From: Camelus dromedarius
Taxonomy: Eukaryota
Length of the DNA: 64,000 nt
NCBI RefSeq assembly: GCF_036321535.1
Contig: NC_087436.1
Location: 79,920,001 to 79,984,000, forward strand
Direction: 5' to 3'
Under the pieces are notes generated by a model, which saw only the letters and a list, made by a program, of their open reading frames with translations, had not been told where the DNA came from and did not search any database. A program made the translations under genes and the position numbers. Each line of letters begins with the position of its first letter. The stretch's first letter is position 1. This document shows, piece after piece, positions 62,336-64,000 of this stretch.

Positions 62336-64000
62336 AGCCCAAATAATAAATAAGGTTATATACTTTAGGCCCACTTTCTTATGTCAAATAATTGGAATTA
62401 ATAATAACTTCAGTTGCTCTTAAATAATAGACAGGTGTACAGTAATTAAGCAGGAAGTTTTATACAATCATATTAAATTATAACAACCAAATCAAAAACT
62501 ACTACTAAAAAGATTGATTGTCACACAGAAGAAGAATTCTCGCAGATGAAGAATCTATGGAATATCCAAGAAAAAGTAGTTATACTTTAACCACTACCAA
62601 GATGCACGATTTCACAAACAATAATAGACATCTGGTGGACCAGGAGATAAATTATACCTTCACGTATAGTCTAAGAGTGACACATGTGAACATTTCTTTC
62701 TCAACAATAGTGAACACTTTGTATTAATATAAAATAAAATAATACTCCAATGACATCTATAATAAGAATGAAAATCAATAAAATGCATTGATGCCAAGAA
62801 AATCACAAAGCATCAGGCATGTTCTCAGGATCAAACTTAAGCAAAGTTTCCTTCTCTTTGTCAAGTCCTTCCAAAATCAGAAGACCAGCCCCACAGACAA
62901 ACTGTGAAAGTATACCTGCTTGATGGAATTTGGTCATGTTATCCCATCTGTTTAGTTAATTGGTACTTCCCTACCCTACCACTTTTTATCCAAAATCATA
63001 GCCCTTGAAGGGTACTCAATGAATTTTGATGAAAGTTTCTACTTTTTTAATTAATTGTATTGGCTTTCACATACTATTTAAATTTATAGCTGTCAGACTA
63101 GTCCATCATTAATCATACCCATAAATACTTCCCAAGAATGCTATATGAATTCAAAGATAGTAAAGATAGAATGAATTCAAGTGAGTATAGTTTGTAAGTT
63201 CCTAAGCCAAGACGTAAAAGGATAGTACTCTTAACTTTCATATTGCAGATGATAATCATTTGATTTCCTTTGATAAAAGATATTGGCCACCTATGTCTGA
63301 ACCAGCCATTTCAAGCTATTTTTCCTAGTCATTGGAGCTATATCTCCTTTCCCCTACCCTCCATCTACCCCTTCATAGATAGATCAAGGCACTCATCCAA
63401 ATACTGCTTTGTTAATGTTTTCCTGAGAGTGTCGTTCAGTGATAGTTTGTTACTGTGAAGACCATAATGACTTTCAATTGCAGCACCTACTGTCACATGC
63501 TATCCTTTAAAGCTCATGGATGTCACTTTCTTCCTCTCACTCAGAAAAGATACAACATTTCCCCCTCCAAACATCTGCATTAGCACATAGTTTATGTTTT
63601 CCTGGGGTAGAGCAAGTGACTTATAAAATGCTAGTTTCTGAAATTACTATTTGATGAGAATTAGCTCAGGGAGGGAAAAAATACTGTATCTATCCTTCTA
63701 TCTGTAATCTCTGTATAAAAGACACAATGATACTTTAATATGTACCCCCTAAAAAAGATTATGATCTAACGTTATTGGAAAAAAATCTTAGCATGTATTT
63801 TCATAGCCCCTCAACTATTTTTTCCAATTAAATATTATTTAAGAAAATTCTGCCATTATATTTGAACTGCTTATCACTCTGCATTGTACAATAAATTCCA
63901 TAGAAATATTAAGCCCTCCTCTATCAAAATTCAATACAAATGAAAAACACATAAATACTACACTGATTTCAAAATTTAGGTCTATCAGCTATTGGGAAGA

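Noticed and set aside
62400..63250. AT-rich stretch with a 69-aa ORF, possibly an old transposon remnant
   Set aside because: No motif I could recognise on either strand
1..64000. CRISPR arrays, operons, rRNA or tRNA genes
   Set aside because: None seen; the sequence is mammalian repeat-rich DNA with no regularly spaced repeat-spacer array

Overview
AT-rich, repeat-dense mammalian genomic DNA (intronic/intergenic), not prokaryotic. The youngest L1 3' ends are of cetartiodactyl type, and I saw no Alu, B1, BovB/Bov-tA, PRE-1 or Can-SINE, so a camelid is the most likely source (inference). Much of the window is recognisable interspersed repeat: L1 of several ages, L2, MIR, MaLR/ERVL LTRs and MER/Tigger DNA elements. 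Nearly all listed ORFs are repeat-derived or chance, and no gene could be named. The most notable signal is a heavily decayed minus-strand Ty3/Gypsy chromovirus (Sushi-like) fossil at ~12.3-14.6 kb. It keeps recognisable Gag, integrase-core, GPY/F and chromodomain motifs, lacks PR/RT/RNase H, and is interrupted by MER5A and MIRs. Other signals: candidate spliced exons on both strands in the first 11.6 kb, an ERV-L integrase fragment nested in an L1, two promoter-like patches (~37.4-38.0 kb and ~44.1-44.45 kb), a CpG-rich MLT1C LTR, a nested palindrome at ~50.9 kb, an apparent L1 3' transduction and a ~24-nt L1 micro-insertion. Repeat family names come from recalled consensus sequences, not database searches, and boundaries are approximate.
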